A stretch of DNA of 64,000 bases from Candidatus Raskinella chloraquaticus (GCA_002365175.1 DEZK01000012.1:3330-67329), one strand, 5' to 3'. Positions 19,353 to 28,349 are shown, counted from the first letter of the stretch. Notes: generated by a model from the letters alone, not told the origin. Made by a program: numbers and translations.

Positions 19353-19570
19353 CTGGCCTCGCTACTCAACGACCCCGGAGACCGGTTAAGCCTCTTGATC
19401 AGGGCGTGCCTTTCCACGACTGGTGAAGCAAGGCGTGTGCCAAGCAGCGCTCGCCGTGCGTTGCGGCAATCGGCAGGTTATTTTCATGAAAAACAGCATT
19501 ATGCCTTGTCGGTAAGCAGGATGGTGTGCCCGTTCTGCCCGCTGTCGCGACGTCCCGCGATCCTGGAGCC

Positions 19571-19614
19571 TTAAATTGTATGCAATTTAATTTTATGTGC
19601 CTATTATATAGGCA
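19571..19614. promoter_or_regulatory. Two adjacent perfect palindromes in an AT-rich patch upstream of the nitroreductase operon, candidate operators or promoter
   Basis: TTAAATTG-tatg-CAATTTAA spans 19571-19590 and TGCCTAT-tat-ATAGGCA spans 19598-19614. On the minus strand the second palindrome contains TATAAT. Confidence 0.4.
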
Positions 19615-19720
19615 ACATTCGATCTGCAGTGGGCGAAGCCCTGGTTCGGGAGAAACGGCTCGCCATATCCCGCGCTCGATTTGGCTTTGGTGAACGATGG
19701 CGCTGCCCATTCGCTCTTCC

Positions 19721-22700
19721 TCAATGAAAATCGCGGCTTTTTGGCAGAAGCCGGGCATCGCGCGGATGGCGGTTGCGTGGCGGCGGGGCCAGATGAAGAG
19801 GAGGCGGGAGGAGGACGCCTGTGCTCGTCCCCGCTCCGGCAGGCGAATGGAGGGTCGCGCCCTCATCGCCCGGCGACAGCAGGGAGGCGGTAAGGGTCTG
19901 GCCGCTGCCATGGTCCTCCCACAGGCGTTCAAGCATGGCCGAGCGATCGATGATGTTGCTTGCCATCAGATGCACCACGCCTTCAGGGCTTTTCTGCACC
20001 CGCCCCTCCACCAGCATCAATCGCGCCGCCATCACCGGGCGGCGCAGGCTTTCAAACTGACGCGCCCATAACACGCAATTGGTGACACCGGTCTCATCCT
20101 CGATGGTGATGAAGATGGCATTGCCCTTGCCGGGACGCTGGCGCACCAGAACAAGGCCGGCCGTCCGCGTGAAGCGCCCATCGCTGCGTGCCGAAGTCTC
20201 AGCGCAGGAGCACACATCGCGCGCTGGAAAAAACCGGCGCAGCAACGCCATCGGATGAGCTTTGAGCGAGAGCCTCATCGTCTGGTAATCATTGGCGACC
20301 TGCTCGCCAAGCCCCATCACCGGCAGCCGGGCATCAGGTTCGACCCCCAGTTCGCGCGCTTCCTGGACCGCAAAAAGCGGAAGCGGATCGTCTTCAGGCA
20401 GCCGCCGCACCTCCCAGAGCGCGGCGCGTCGGTCAAGGCTGAGTGAGCCAAACGCATCCGCCTCCGCCAGCGCCCGCATGGGTCGCCCATGAAGTTTTGC
20501 CCGCCGTGCCACCTCCTCGATCGTTGCATAGCCCTCACGCCGTCCAGCCGTCAGCCGTGTGGCTTGCGCTTCATGAATGGCGGCCGCCTGGCGAAATCCA
20601 AGACGCAACGCCAGCCTCGCGCGCCCCGTTTCTGCCGGCTGGCCGGGCGCGGCCGGTTCAAGCGTATTGTCCCAGAAGCTGTGGTTGACATCGACAGGGC
20701 GCACCTCCACCCCATGGTCTCTTGCATCGCGCACGATCTGGGCTGGCGCATAAAACCCCATGGGTTGCGCATTCAGGAGAGCGGCGGCGAAGATGTCCGG
20801 GTAGTGGCATTTGAGCCACGATGAAATATAGACCAGCTTGGCAAACGAGGCGGCATGGCTTTCCGGGAAGCCGTAGGAGCCGAAACCCTTGATCTGGTTG
20901 TAGCAGTTTTGCGCAAAATCCCGTGTGTAGCCACGCGCGACCATGCGCTCCACCATCATTGCCTCGAAGCGATGAATGGTGCCGGTATGGCGGAAGGTTG
21001 CCATGGCGCGGCGCAGCTGGTTGGCTTCGACGTCGGAAAATGTCGCAGCCACCATCGCAAGCTGCATCGCCTGCTCCTGGAAAAGCGGCACGCCCATCGT
21101 CTTGCCAAGCACGGCACGCAGCTCATCCGCCGGCCCGTGCTGGGGCGCAGGCGCAGGATAGCTCACCTTTTCCGCGCCCGAGCGTCGCCGCAGATAGGGG
21201 TGCACCATATTGCCCTGGATGGGGCCGGGGCGGACGATCGCCACCTGGATCACGAGATCGTAGAATACGCGCGGCTTGAGACGCGGCAGCATGTTGATCT
21301 GCGCCCGGCTTTCCACCTGAAAGACGCCAATCGAATCGCCACGCCGCAGCATGGCGTACGTATCAGGATCGTCCGCCGGCACATCGGCAAGAGCCATATC
21401 GATCCCGTGGTGATCGCGCATGAGATCGAAAGCCTTGCGGATGCAGGTCAGCATACCAAGTGCCAGGATATCGACCTTCATCAGGCCCAGCGCATCGATA
21501 TCGTCCTTGTCCCATTCGATGAAGGTGCGCTCCGCCATCGCCGCATTGCCAATCGGCACCAGCTCATCAAGACGCCCGCGCGTCAGCACAAACCCGCCGA
21601 CATGCTGCGACAGATGGCGGGGAAAGCCGATCAGGCGCTTGGCAAAGGCAACCGCCCGCGCGATTGCCGGACTGTCGGGATCAAGACCTGCCTGCCTCAC
21701 CTGCGCCCGGGTGATGTCAGACCCCCAGCTTCCCCATTGCGTGCCGGCGAGGGCGGTGGTGATGTCTTCCGACAGGCCGAGGACCTTGCCAACCTCGCGG
21801 ATGGCGCTTTTGGGCCGGTAATGGATGACGGTGGCGGCAAGCCCTGCCCGCTCGCGGCCATAGCGCGCATAGATATGCTGGATGATCTCCTCGCGCCGCT
21901 CATGCTCGAAATCGACATCGATATCCGGCGGTTCCCGCCGCTCCTCCGAGATGAAGCGCGCAAACAGCACATTATGCTCGGCCGGATCGACGCAGGTGAT
22001 ACCAAGCACATAGCAGACGGCGGAATTGGCGGCTGAGCCCCGCCCCTGGCAGAGAATACCCTTGTCGACAGCCACCCGCACGATGTCATAGACGGTGAGG
22101 AAATAACGCGCGTAATCAAGCTTGGCGATGAGCGCCAGTTCGCGGTGCAGCAGGGCCTCCACCTTGTGTGGAACGCCGTCTGGATAGCGCATCGCCGCAT
22201 GGCGCAATGTCAGCTCTTCCAGCCAGCTCTGCGCCTGCCAGCCCGGCGGCACCGGTTCCTCGGGATAATCATAGGTGAGCTCGCCAAGATCGAAATCAAG
22301 ACGGGCAAGAAGCGCCTGTGTTTCGCTGATCGCCTCCGGGCAATCGCCAAACAGGCGTGCCATCTCGGCTGGATGCTTGAGGTGGCGCTCGGCATTGATC
22401 TCAAGGGCACGTCCGGCGCTTTCAATCGTCATGCCCTGGCGGATACAGGCGAGAATATCCTGCAGATCGCGTGCATCAGGCGTGGCATAGAGAACATCAT
22501 TGCTGGCAATGAGCGGCACGCAAGCTGCCTGTGCCCTCTCCCTGAGCTTTACCAGCCGGCGCCGGTCATCGCCGCGCCGGGGCATGGTGGCACCAAGCCA
22601 GAGCGCGCCGGGGAAGGCATCGCCCAGCTGCGCCAGCAAGGCGGGGAGAGGCGCCAGATTGCGCTCTGGCATGACGATCACCAGCAGATCGCCGGCATGC

Positions 22701-23197
22701 GACAGAAGATCGCCGAGGCTCAGATGAAAATCGCCTTTTGCAGCCCGCCTGTTCCCCGTTGTCAGCAGGCGGCACAGACGCGCCCAGCCCGTGCGGTTTT
22801 GCGCATAGGCGACGATGTCGGGCGTGCCATCGCCAAAGGCTAGACGGACGCCGGTTGCCAGTTTGAAGCGTTGCGCCCGCTGCCGCACCTGGGCGCGTAA
22901 CGCCTCCATCGCCGGCGTGTCGTCATCAAGCGCAGAGGAGATGTAATGATATTCGCCCGGCCCCGCTCCCTGGCGCTGCTTCACCGCAGGCAGGATCCCG
23001 CCCGCGCGCAATTCCCTGAGCGCTGACCACGCCCTGACCACCCCGGCCAGCGTGTTGCGATCAGCAATGCCAAGACCGGTATGTCCGAGCAGCAGCGATG
23101 TCAGCACCAGATCGGCGGCAGGAGAGGCGCCGCGCAGGAATGAGAAATTTGTTGCCGCGACCGGTTCGGCATAAGGCGGCACCGGGTGATCCTTCAT
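19721..23197 (-). CDS. dnaE2: Error-prone DNA polymerase DnaE2 (ImuC)
   Basis: MKDHPVPPYAEPVAATNFSFLRGAS... with PHP and pol III alpha core motifs throughout. The C-terminus ...HPRDARLLPKSRDFH is a DnaE2 hallmark. The start overlaps the imuB stop in ATGA. Confidence 0.95.
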   Translation of the reverse strand: MKDHPVPPYAEPVAATNFSFLRGASPAADLVLTSLLLGHTGLGIADRNTLAGVVRAWSALRELRAGGILPAVKQRQGAGPGEYHYISSALDDDTPAMEALRAQVRQRAQRFKLATGVRLAFGDGTPDIVAYAQNRTGWARLCRLLTTGNRRAAKGDFHLSLGDLLSHAGDLLVIVMPERNLAPLPALLAQLGDAFPGALWLGATMPRRGDDRRRLVKLRERAQAACVPLIASNDVLYATPDARDLQDILACIRQGMTIESAGRALEINAERHLKHPAEMARLFGDCPEAISETQALLARLDFDLGELTYDYPEEPVPPGWQAQSWLEELTLRHAAMRYPDGVPHKVEALLHRELALIAKLDYARYFLTVYDIVRVAVDKGILCQGRGSAANSAVCYVLGITCVDPAEHNVLFARFISEERREPPDIDVDFEHERREEIIQHIYARYGRERAGLAATVIHYRPKSAIREVGKVLGLSEDITTALAGTQWGSWGSDITRAQVRQAGLDPDSPAIARAVAFAKRLIGFPRHLSQHVGGFVLTRGRLDELVPIGNAAMAERTFIEWDKDDIDALGLMKVDILALGMLTCIRKAFDLMRDHHGIDMALADVPADDPDTYAMLRRGDSIGVFQVESRAQINMLPRLKPRVFYDLVIQVAIVRPGPIQGNMVHPYLRRRSGAEKVSYPAPAPQHGPADELRAVLGKTMGVPLFQEQAMQLAMVAATFSDVEANQLRRAMATFRHTGTIHRFEAMMVERMVARGYTRDFAQNCYNQIKGFGSYGFPESHAASFAKLVYISSWLKCHYPDIFAAALLNAQPMGFYAPAQIVRDARDHGVEVRPVDVNHSFWDNTLEPAAPGQPAETGRARLALRLGFRQAAAIHEAQATRLTAGRREGYATIEEVARRAKLHGRPMRALAEADAFGSLSLDRRAALWEVRRLPEDDPLPLFAVQEARELGVEPDARLPVMGLGEQVANDYQTMRLSLKAHPMALLRRFFPARDVCSCAETSARSDGRFTRTAGLVLVRQRPGKGNAIFITIEDETGVTNCVLWARQFESLRRPVMAARLMLVEGRVQKSPEGVVHLMASNIIDRSAMLERLWEDHGSGQTLTASLLSPGDEGATLHSPAGAGTSTGVLLPPPLHLAPPPRNRHPRDARLLPKSRDFH

Positions 23198-24837
23198 GCA
23201 AAAAGCCCGTGCAGAAACCAGCGCGGATGAGTGGTGCTGTCCTCGTAAAGCCCTTCGCGAAAAATCCAGAAACGTTGACCCGTGGCATCTTCCACCCGGT
23301 AATAATCGCGGACGGCCGGCGGGTGATCGCCGCCAGCGATGTGGCTGTGCCACCATTCAGGGGCGATCCGCTCGGGTCCCTCCGCAAGGGCCACCTCGTG
23401 GAGCTGACGGCGCCAGCGAAATCTGCGGGGAGGGCTGTCTGGCACCTCGGCCAGCGCCTCGATGAGCTGCGGGCGCTCAAAGAGCGTCAGCGGGCGAAGC
23501 GGCGGATGGCCGGGCTCAAGGGGCGGCCAGGAGGCGGAAGAGGCCGGTGAGAGATAGGGCACGACCCCTCCGGCCTCCCCCGGATCATGGGTCGCGCGCG
23601 CTACAAACCGCTGGACATGGTCACGCCCGAACCGCGCCACCAGCCGGTCGACGAGATCGGCAAGACCGCGCTTCTCCTCATCCGCCACCTGCCCGCCGGA
23701 GAGATGATGCTGACGCTCGTCAAGCGTCTCGCCCCATGTCACGGCAAGGCGCAGGGCGTCAAACCCGAAGCCGGGATCGAGAGGATCGGCGAGTGTGGTG
23801 ATCTTCAGTGCGATGAGGCGCATCAGCCGGGCGCCATCGCGCATGGCTTGCGCTGTTTCAATTGTCAGCCGCCGCACGGCCCCATCGGCACGAAAGAAGA
23901 TGACCTCAAACCCCCGCCCGCCCGCGCCGCGCCGCTCCAGCAGGCTCATCACATCGCCCGCCAGCCTTGCCAGCTCTGCCAGCAATCCCTCCATGGCGGT
24001 GATGGGCGTGGCAAAATGCTTGTCTGCCATGATCTCCGGCGGTGGCCGAAGCGGCGTGATGCGGATATCGTCGCGCCCCAGAATCCGCTGCAGGATGTCC
24101 ACCAGCCCTGCGCCGAAGCGTGCCGCCAGCAAGGAAGACGGGCGGTCGGCAAGATCGCCCAGCGTTCTGAGCCCCGCCCGCGTCAGGGCCAGCGTGATAT
24201 GTCTTTCCTGCTCAAGGGCTGCCACCGGCAACGCCCGCGCCGCCCTCTCCTCTGTGGCGGGTGGCAGGCGTTCGGTGGATGAGAAACGAGCGAACGCCCA
24301 TGCCGCATCAGGAGTATTGGCAAGGGCAGCACGCGTCGCCAGCCCGAGGCGATTGAGGTTGCGCCGGGCCTGGATCAGAAGCGCTTCCTCGCCGTCGAAA
24401 AGATGGGCGCAGCCGGTAATGTCGAGGATGAGGCCCTCTCTTCCCCTGAGAGTCACCAGCGGCGTAAATTTCTCGCAGACCGCCGCAGCTGCCAGCAGAT
24501 AATCTGCATCAGCGGCATGGTCCATGGCCGCTGTCATCAGGTTCGGGACCAGGGCGCGCGCCTCGGCAAGGGCCATGTCGAGGGCAAGTTTGCAGCGCCT
24601 GGCAAGCGGGTCGAGGGCAGCAATCCGCAGCGCGCCCCGCTCTTTCTGCGTGAGAACAAAGGGCGGCTCATCAGCTGTGCCGCTGCGCGGCCGGTTCAAT
24701 GCCCGGCATGCCCGGTCGGTTGACAGGAAGGGCAGCCACAGCCCGAGATAGCGGCGCGGTTCCGTCAATGCCGGTGCGATCGTCAATGAGGGAATCGGCG
24801 ATGGTAACAACGGAATGGATGACGAGGTCTCGGACAT
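23194..24837 (-). CDS. imuB: ImuB, Y-family-polymerase-like SOS mutagenesis protein
   Basis: It contains RRYLGLWLPFLSTDR near the N-terminus. Position is between imuA and dnaE2. The start is uncertain (ATG 24837, ATG 24879 or an internal TTG), and every option overlaps the imuA 3' end. Confidence 0.85.
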   Translation of the reverse strand: MSETSSSIPLLPSPIPSLTIAPALTEPRRYLGLWLPFLSTDRACRALNRPRSGTADEPPFVLTQKERGALRIAALDPLARRCKLALDMALAEARALVPNLMTAAMDHAADADYLLAAAAVCEKFTPLVTLRGREGLILDITGCAHLFDGEEALLIQARRNLNRLGLATRAALANTPDAAWAFARFSSTERLPPATEERAARALPVAALEQERHITLALTRAGLRTLGDLADRPSSLLAARFGAGLVDILQRILGRDDIRITPLRPPPEIMADKHFATPITAMEGLLAELARLAGDVMSLLERRGAGGRGFEVIFFRADGAVRRLTIETAQAMRDGARLMRLIALKITTLADPLDPGFGFDALRLAVTWGETLDERQHHLSGGQVADEEKRGLADLVDRLVARFGRDHVQRFVARATHDPGEAGGVVPYLSPASSASWPPLEPGHPPLRPLTLFERPQLIEALAEVPDSPPRRFRWRRQLHEVALAEGPERIAPEWWHSHIAGGDHPPAVRDYYRVEDATGQRFWIFREGLYEDSTTHPRWFLHGLFA

Positions 24838-25447
24838 CACGGTCCCACTCCACAAGATAGCGCAGACCTTCCCGGCCATGGCGGGTGCGCAACAGGGTCA
24901 GATCAAAAAGCGGGTGGCCAGGGGCACGTGCTGCCAAGGCCCGCGATGGTGCCGGGTGGATCAGCCAACGCGTCTCGGCCGCGCTGGCATGGGGCGTGGC
25001 GGCCATCCGCGTGATGAAAACGCCGATGCCTGAAGCCTTCGCCGCCAGCACCAGACGCCGGCTTGCGGTCAGATCATAGGCTTTTGCCTCGCCCCATAAT
25101 TCGATCATCACCGCCCCGAGGCCGTGGCAGCGTGCGCCTTCAAGCCCTGCCTGGAGCGCGCCGGTGACATCAGGCGTCCGCACCAGGATCACCTGCGCCG
25201 GATCAACACCGAATTCCGCAAGGCCCGCCGCATAGGGCGCGCCATGTTCCCGATCAAGGGCGGCGTGGCGAACCCACAGCTTCGGGCCGCGTTTGGCCAG
25301 GTGCATCAGGGCCAGGACCCCGCCTGTCATGGCCATGCTCCGGATGCCGGTGCCGGCATAGAACTCATGCACCGCCTCGCCCGCCAGCGTGAATTGGGGC
25401 CGTGCATCCGGGTCGGCATGGGGTAACGGTCTTGGCATGAGGGTCAT
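24671..25447 (-). CDS. imuA: ImuA, RecA/SulA-like SOS mutagenesis protein
   Basis: It is the first gene of the cassette. HEFYAGTG...LWVRHAALDREHGAPYAAGLAEFGVDP...LRYLVEWD matches ImuA organisation. A LexA box lies 17 nt upstream. Confidence 0.85.
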   Translation of the reverse strand: MTLMPRPLPHADPDARPQFTLAGEAVHEFYAGTGIRSMAMTGGVLALMHLAKRGPKLWVRHAALDREHGAPYAAGLAEFGVDPAQVILVRTPDVTGALQAGLEGARCHGLGAVMIELWGEAKAYDLTASRRLVLAAKASGIGVFITRMAATPHASAAETRWLIHPAPSRALAARAPGHPLFDLTLLRTRHGREGLRYLVEWDRDVRDLVIHSVVTIADSLIDDRTGIDGTAPLSRAVAALPVNRPGMPGIEPAAQRHS

Positions 25448-25463
25448 GACAGCACGATCAAAT

Positions 25464-25478
25464 GTTCATGGTACGTTC
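25464..25478. promoter_or_regulatory. Alphaproteobacterial LexA (SOS) box
   Basis: GTTCatggtacGTTC is an exact GTTC-N7-GTTC match immediately upstream of imuA. Confidence 0.85.
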
Positions 25479-25503
25479 TTATCATCAGCACCCCGCTCCA
25501 AGA

Positions 25504-25535
25504 GTCAAGCGCGGATATGGTCAAGCGTGGATATG
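25504..25535. repeat. Tandem 16-bp direct repeat in the imuA upstream region
   Basis: GTCAAGCGCGGATATG and GTCAAGCGTGGATATG are adjacent and match 15/16, followed by GATGG...GGATGG. On the minus strand each copy carries CTTGAC (-35-like). Confidence 0.7.
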
Positions 25536-25656
25536 GATGGAAACGATAAGGATGGTTAAGACCGCGTGATGCCGCGTCTCGATCGGCGTGCTCAGTCGCT
25601 CCGCCGCCTCGCCTCCTGCCAGCGGGCGGTGCACCAAAAAAGGATGGGTTTGGGCT

Positions 25657-25854
25657 CTACACTTCGCCCGAACGTCGCGGCATGGTGGCGTTCTCCAGCA
25701 AAAACGCCTCAAGATCCTTGTGAGCAACCCGCCATTCCCGCCCGAATTTGATCGCCCGGATCTGGCGCTGCGCAATCCAGCTGCGCACGGTCGCTTCCTT
25801 GACCTTCAACAGTTCTGCAACCTCGTGAAGAGTGAGCAAGGGTCGAGACAACAT
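25657..25854 (-). CDS. Excisionase-family (MerR-like) helix-turn-helix DNA-binding protein
   Basis: The ATG at 25854 gives MLSRPLLTLHEVAELLKVKEATVRSWIAQRQIRAIKFGREWRVAHKDLEAFL, the canonical HTH_17 pattern. Confidence 0.8.
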   Translation of the reverse strand: MLSRPLLTLHEVAELLKVKEATVRSWIAQRQIRAIKFGREWRVAHKDLEAFLLENATMPRRSGEV

Positions 25855-26192
25855 CGCGGAATTCTCCCGTTTTGCTCGTTTCGGTACGCGTACACGCCGA
25901 TCGAACCAAGATGACACCGCCTCAGCGTATCATACCCGTCGCCAAACCGCTGTCATCGCATCCACCGCATCGCATCCACAGCATAACGCCGTTCTGCCAG
26001 CTCAATATAGGCGATATTACTGGCGTTATAAGATCGTTTGTATTGGTTTGTATCTGTTTAAAAATGTTTATAGTTGTCAAGATATCTCCATATGTGTATG
26101 AAAATTTTTACGCAGAGCTCCTCAAGCAGGAGAGTGCCAACAAAATCCAGCCTGAAGGCTGGCCGAGGATGCTGACAGGGAGGGTATTAATC

Positions 26193-27938
26193 ATGACCGA
26201 TACAACCATCGCCGGGGCGGGTGCTGCCGAGCGGGCCCGGCCGATGACACGAGAGGAACGCAAGGTTATCGCTGCGTCCTCCGCCGGTACTATTTTTGAA
26301 TGGTATGATTTCTATCTTTATGGATCGCTGGCGGCGATTATCGCCAACCAGTTCTTTTCGCCTTTCCCCGAAGCAACCCGCAATGTTTTCGCCCTGCTGG
26401 CGTTTGCTGCCGGCTTCCTCGTACGCCCTTTCGGCGCCCTCTTCTTTGGCCGTCTTGGTGATATCGTCGGGCGCAAATATACCTTCCTCCTCACCATCAT
26501 GATCATGGGCATTTCGACCTTCATTGTCGGCTTGCTGCCAACCTATGCCTGGCTCGAAAGCAATTTCGCTATTGGTTGGCTGGCGCCCGTCATCCTGATC
26601 GTTCTGCGCATGTTGCAGGGCCTGGCGCTCGGCGGTGAATATGGTGGCGCCGTTGTCTATGTGGCCGAACATGCGCCTCACGGTCGCCGCGGCTATTTCA
26701 CCAGCTGGATCCAGACCACAGCCACACTTGGTTTGCTCCTTTCGCTCATGGTCATCCTCGGTGTTCGCACCTGGACCGGTGAGAAGGAGTTCGCCGAATG
26801 GGGTTGGCGCATCCCCTTCCTGCTGTCGATCTTCCTGCTGGCAATTTCCGTGTGGATTCGCTTGCAAATGGAAGAAAGCCCGATCTTCAAGAAGATCAAG
26901 GATGAGGGCAAGCAGTCAAAAGCGCCGCTCAGCGAAGCTTTCGGGCAATGGAAGAACGCCAGGTTTGCGCTCATCGCTCTCTTGGGACTTGTCGCTGGCC
27001 AAGCGGTCGTGTGGTATACGGGACAGTTCTACGCCCTGTTCTTCCTGCAAAGCATCTTGCGTGTTGATCCCTTCACCGCCAACGTGCTGATTGCCTGGTC
27101 GCTCATCCTGGGTACGGCAGGGTTTGTGATCTTTGGTTCGCTGTCCGATCATATCGGTCGCAAGCCGATCATTCTGGCTGGCATGGTCCTGGCTGTCCTC
27201 ACCTATTTCCCGGTGTTTCAGTTCATTACCGCCACCGCCAACCCGCAGCTTGACCGGGCCCAGCAGACAACCAAGGTAACGGTCATCGCCGCCAAGGATG
27301 ACTGCTCGTTCCAGTTCAACCCGACGGGTACGTCCAAATTCACCAATTCCTGTGATGTGGCGAAGGCTCTGCTGGCCCGCAACTCAGTGAATTACTCGGT
27401 CGAACCTGCACCCGCTGGCTCAATCGCGAAAATCAAGGTCGGCAATACCGAAGTACCGGCTTATGATTTGAGCAAGCTGACGGGGGACGCGGTCCGCACC
27501 ACACCTGCGGCCTTCACCAAGTCTGTCAATGAAGCGCTTGCGGCGGGTGGCTATCCGATGGCAGGCCAGCCCAATCCGGAGCTGGTGAAGATGTCTGGCT
27601 TCTTTGACATCTTCCGCGCCCAGACCTTCGGGCTTGTCCTGGTTCTGACCTATCTCGTCATCCTGGTAACCATGGTCTACGGACCAATTGCTGCAGCCCT
27701 GGTCGAGCTCTTCCCGACCCGCATCCGCTACACCGGTATGTCGCTGCCCTACCACATCGGCAATGGCTGGTTCGGCGGATTGATGCCGGCAACGGCCTTT
27801 GCCATGATCGCCCAGACTGGCGACCCCTATTTCGGTCTCTGGTATCCGCTGGTGATTGCTGCCGGATGCTTCGTGATCGGTCTGTTCTTCTTCACTGATA
27901 ATTACAAGAAGGACATCTTCGCCGAAGACAACAAGTAA
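26193..27938 (+). CDS. MFS transporter, metabolite:H+ symporter-like, with a large extra loop domain
   Basis: The ATG at 26193 follows GGGAGGG. FEWYDFYLYGSLAA and GRLGDIVGRKYTF are MHS-family motifs. I count 12 TM segments, with about 125 aa inserted between TM9 and TM10. Confidence 0.88.
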   Translation: MTDTTIAGAGAAERARPMTREERKVIAASSAGTIFEWYDFYLYGSLAAIIANQFFSPFPEATRNVFALLAFAAGFLVRPFGALFFGRLGDIVGRKYTFLLTIMIMGISTFIVGLLPTYAWLESNFAIGWLAPVILIVLRMLQGLALGGEYGGAVVYVAEHAPHGRRGYFTSWIQTTATLGLLLSLMVILGVRTWTGEKEFAEWGWRIPFLLSIFLLAISVWIRLQMEESPIFKKIKDEGKQSKAPLSEAFGQWKNARFALIALLGLVAGQAVVWYTGQFYALFFLQSILRVDPFTANVLIAWSLILGTAGFVIFGSLSDHIGRKPIILAGMVLAVLTYFPVFQFITATANPQLDRAQQTTKVTVIAAKDDCSFQFNPTGTSKFTNSCDVAKALLARNSVNYSVEPAPAGSIAKIKVGNTEVPAYDLSKLTGDAVRTTPAAFTKSVNEALAAGGYPMAGQPNPELVKMSGFFDIFRAQTFGLVLVLTYLVILVTMVYGPIAAALVELFPTRIRYTGMSLPYHIGNGWFGGLMPATAFAMIAQTGDPYFGLWYPLVIAAGCFVIGLFFFTDNYKKDIFAEDNK

Positions 27939-27958
27939 CTCCTGCACCTATCGTCATT

Positions 27959-27999
27959 GCGGGCGTCAGGACGTCGATCCTGACGCCCGCACCTGTTTT
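27959..27999 (+). terminator. Rho-independent terminator of the MFS gene
   Basis: GCGGGCGTCAGGA-cgtcga-TCCTGACGCCCGC forms a perfect 13-bp stem, followed by ACCTGTTTT. Confidence 0.8.
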
Positions 28000-28349
28000 G
28001 TCGCATTGTTTCCGGCCAACCGTTATTCACCTGGCCGCAAAAGGCTCTGGCGCCGGTGCTGATGGCCGAGTGTCATCGAAGCACCCCGACCAGGCTGAAC
28101 TCTCTTTGGCCGCGCTCGTGGCCTGAAGGCGACGCAGGCAGTCGAAAGCCGCCATCCCGTTAATTCAAGACAGCGATGACAGGCGCGGGCATCATCGCCC
28201 CGGCCATTGATGCTCTCGACGCACCCGGTTACGTTTGGCACAGTCGACTGATGCCGCTAGCCTGCTTCTCCGACCACGGACCTGAAACCACTGATGATGA
28301 CACATGCAACGGTAACACGGGTTGACGGGCACCATGTGAGCAGAGGCCC

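Noticed and set aside
19353-19720. Possible guanidine (ykkC-type) or other riboswitch in the leader of the DUF1989 operon
   Set aside because: I could not find the conserved guanidine-I/II/III sequence blocks or any other riboswitch core I know. Only short generic palindromes are present. The question is left open as a covariance-model scan, not claimed.
19399-19932. 177-aa minus-strand ORF spanning the dnaE2 3' end and the intergenic region
   Set aside because: It overlaps the well-supported DnaE2 C-terminus out of frame, has Arg/Pro/Ala-rich composition and shows no motifs.
25504-25535. Tandem repeat as a CRISPR or iteron array
   Set aside because: There are only two 16-bp copies, with no spacers and no cas or replication genes. 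It is reported only as a promoter-region duplication.
25657-25854. Excisionase-family gene as a sign of a prophage or integrative element
   Set aside because: No integrase, transposase, phage gene or att-like direct repeat was found in the window. The only tRNA lies 31 kb away among housekeeping genes. Small HTH_17 proteins also serve as ordinary regulators.
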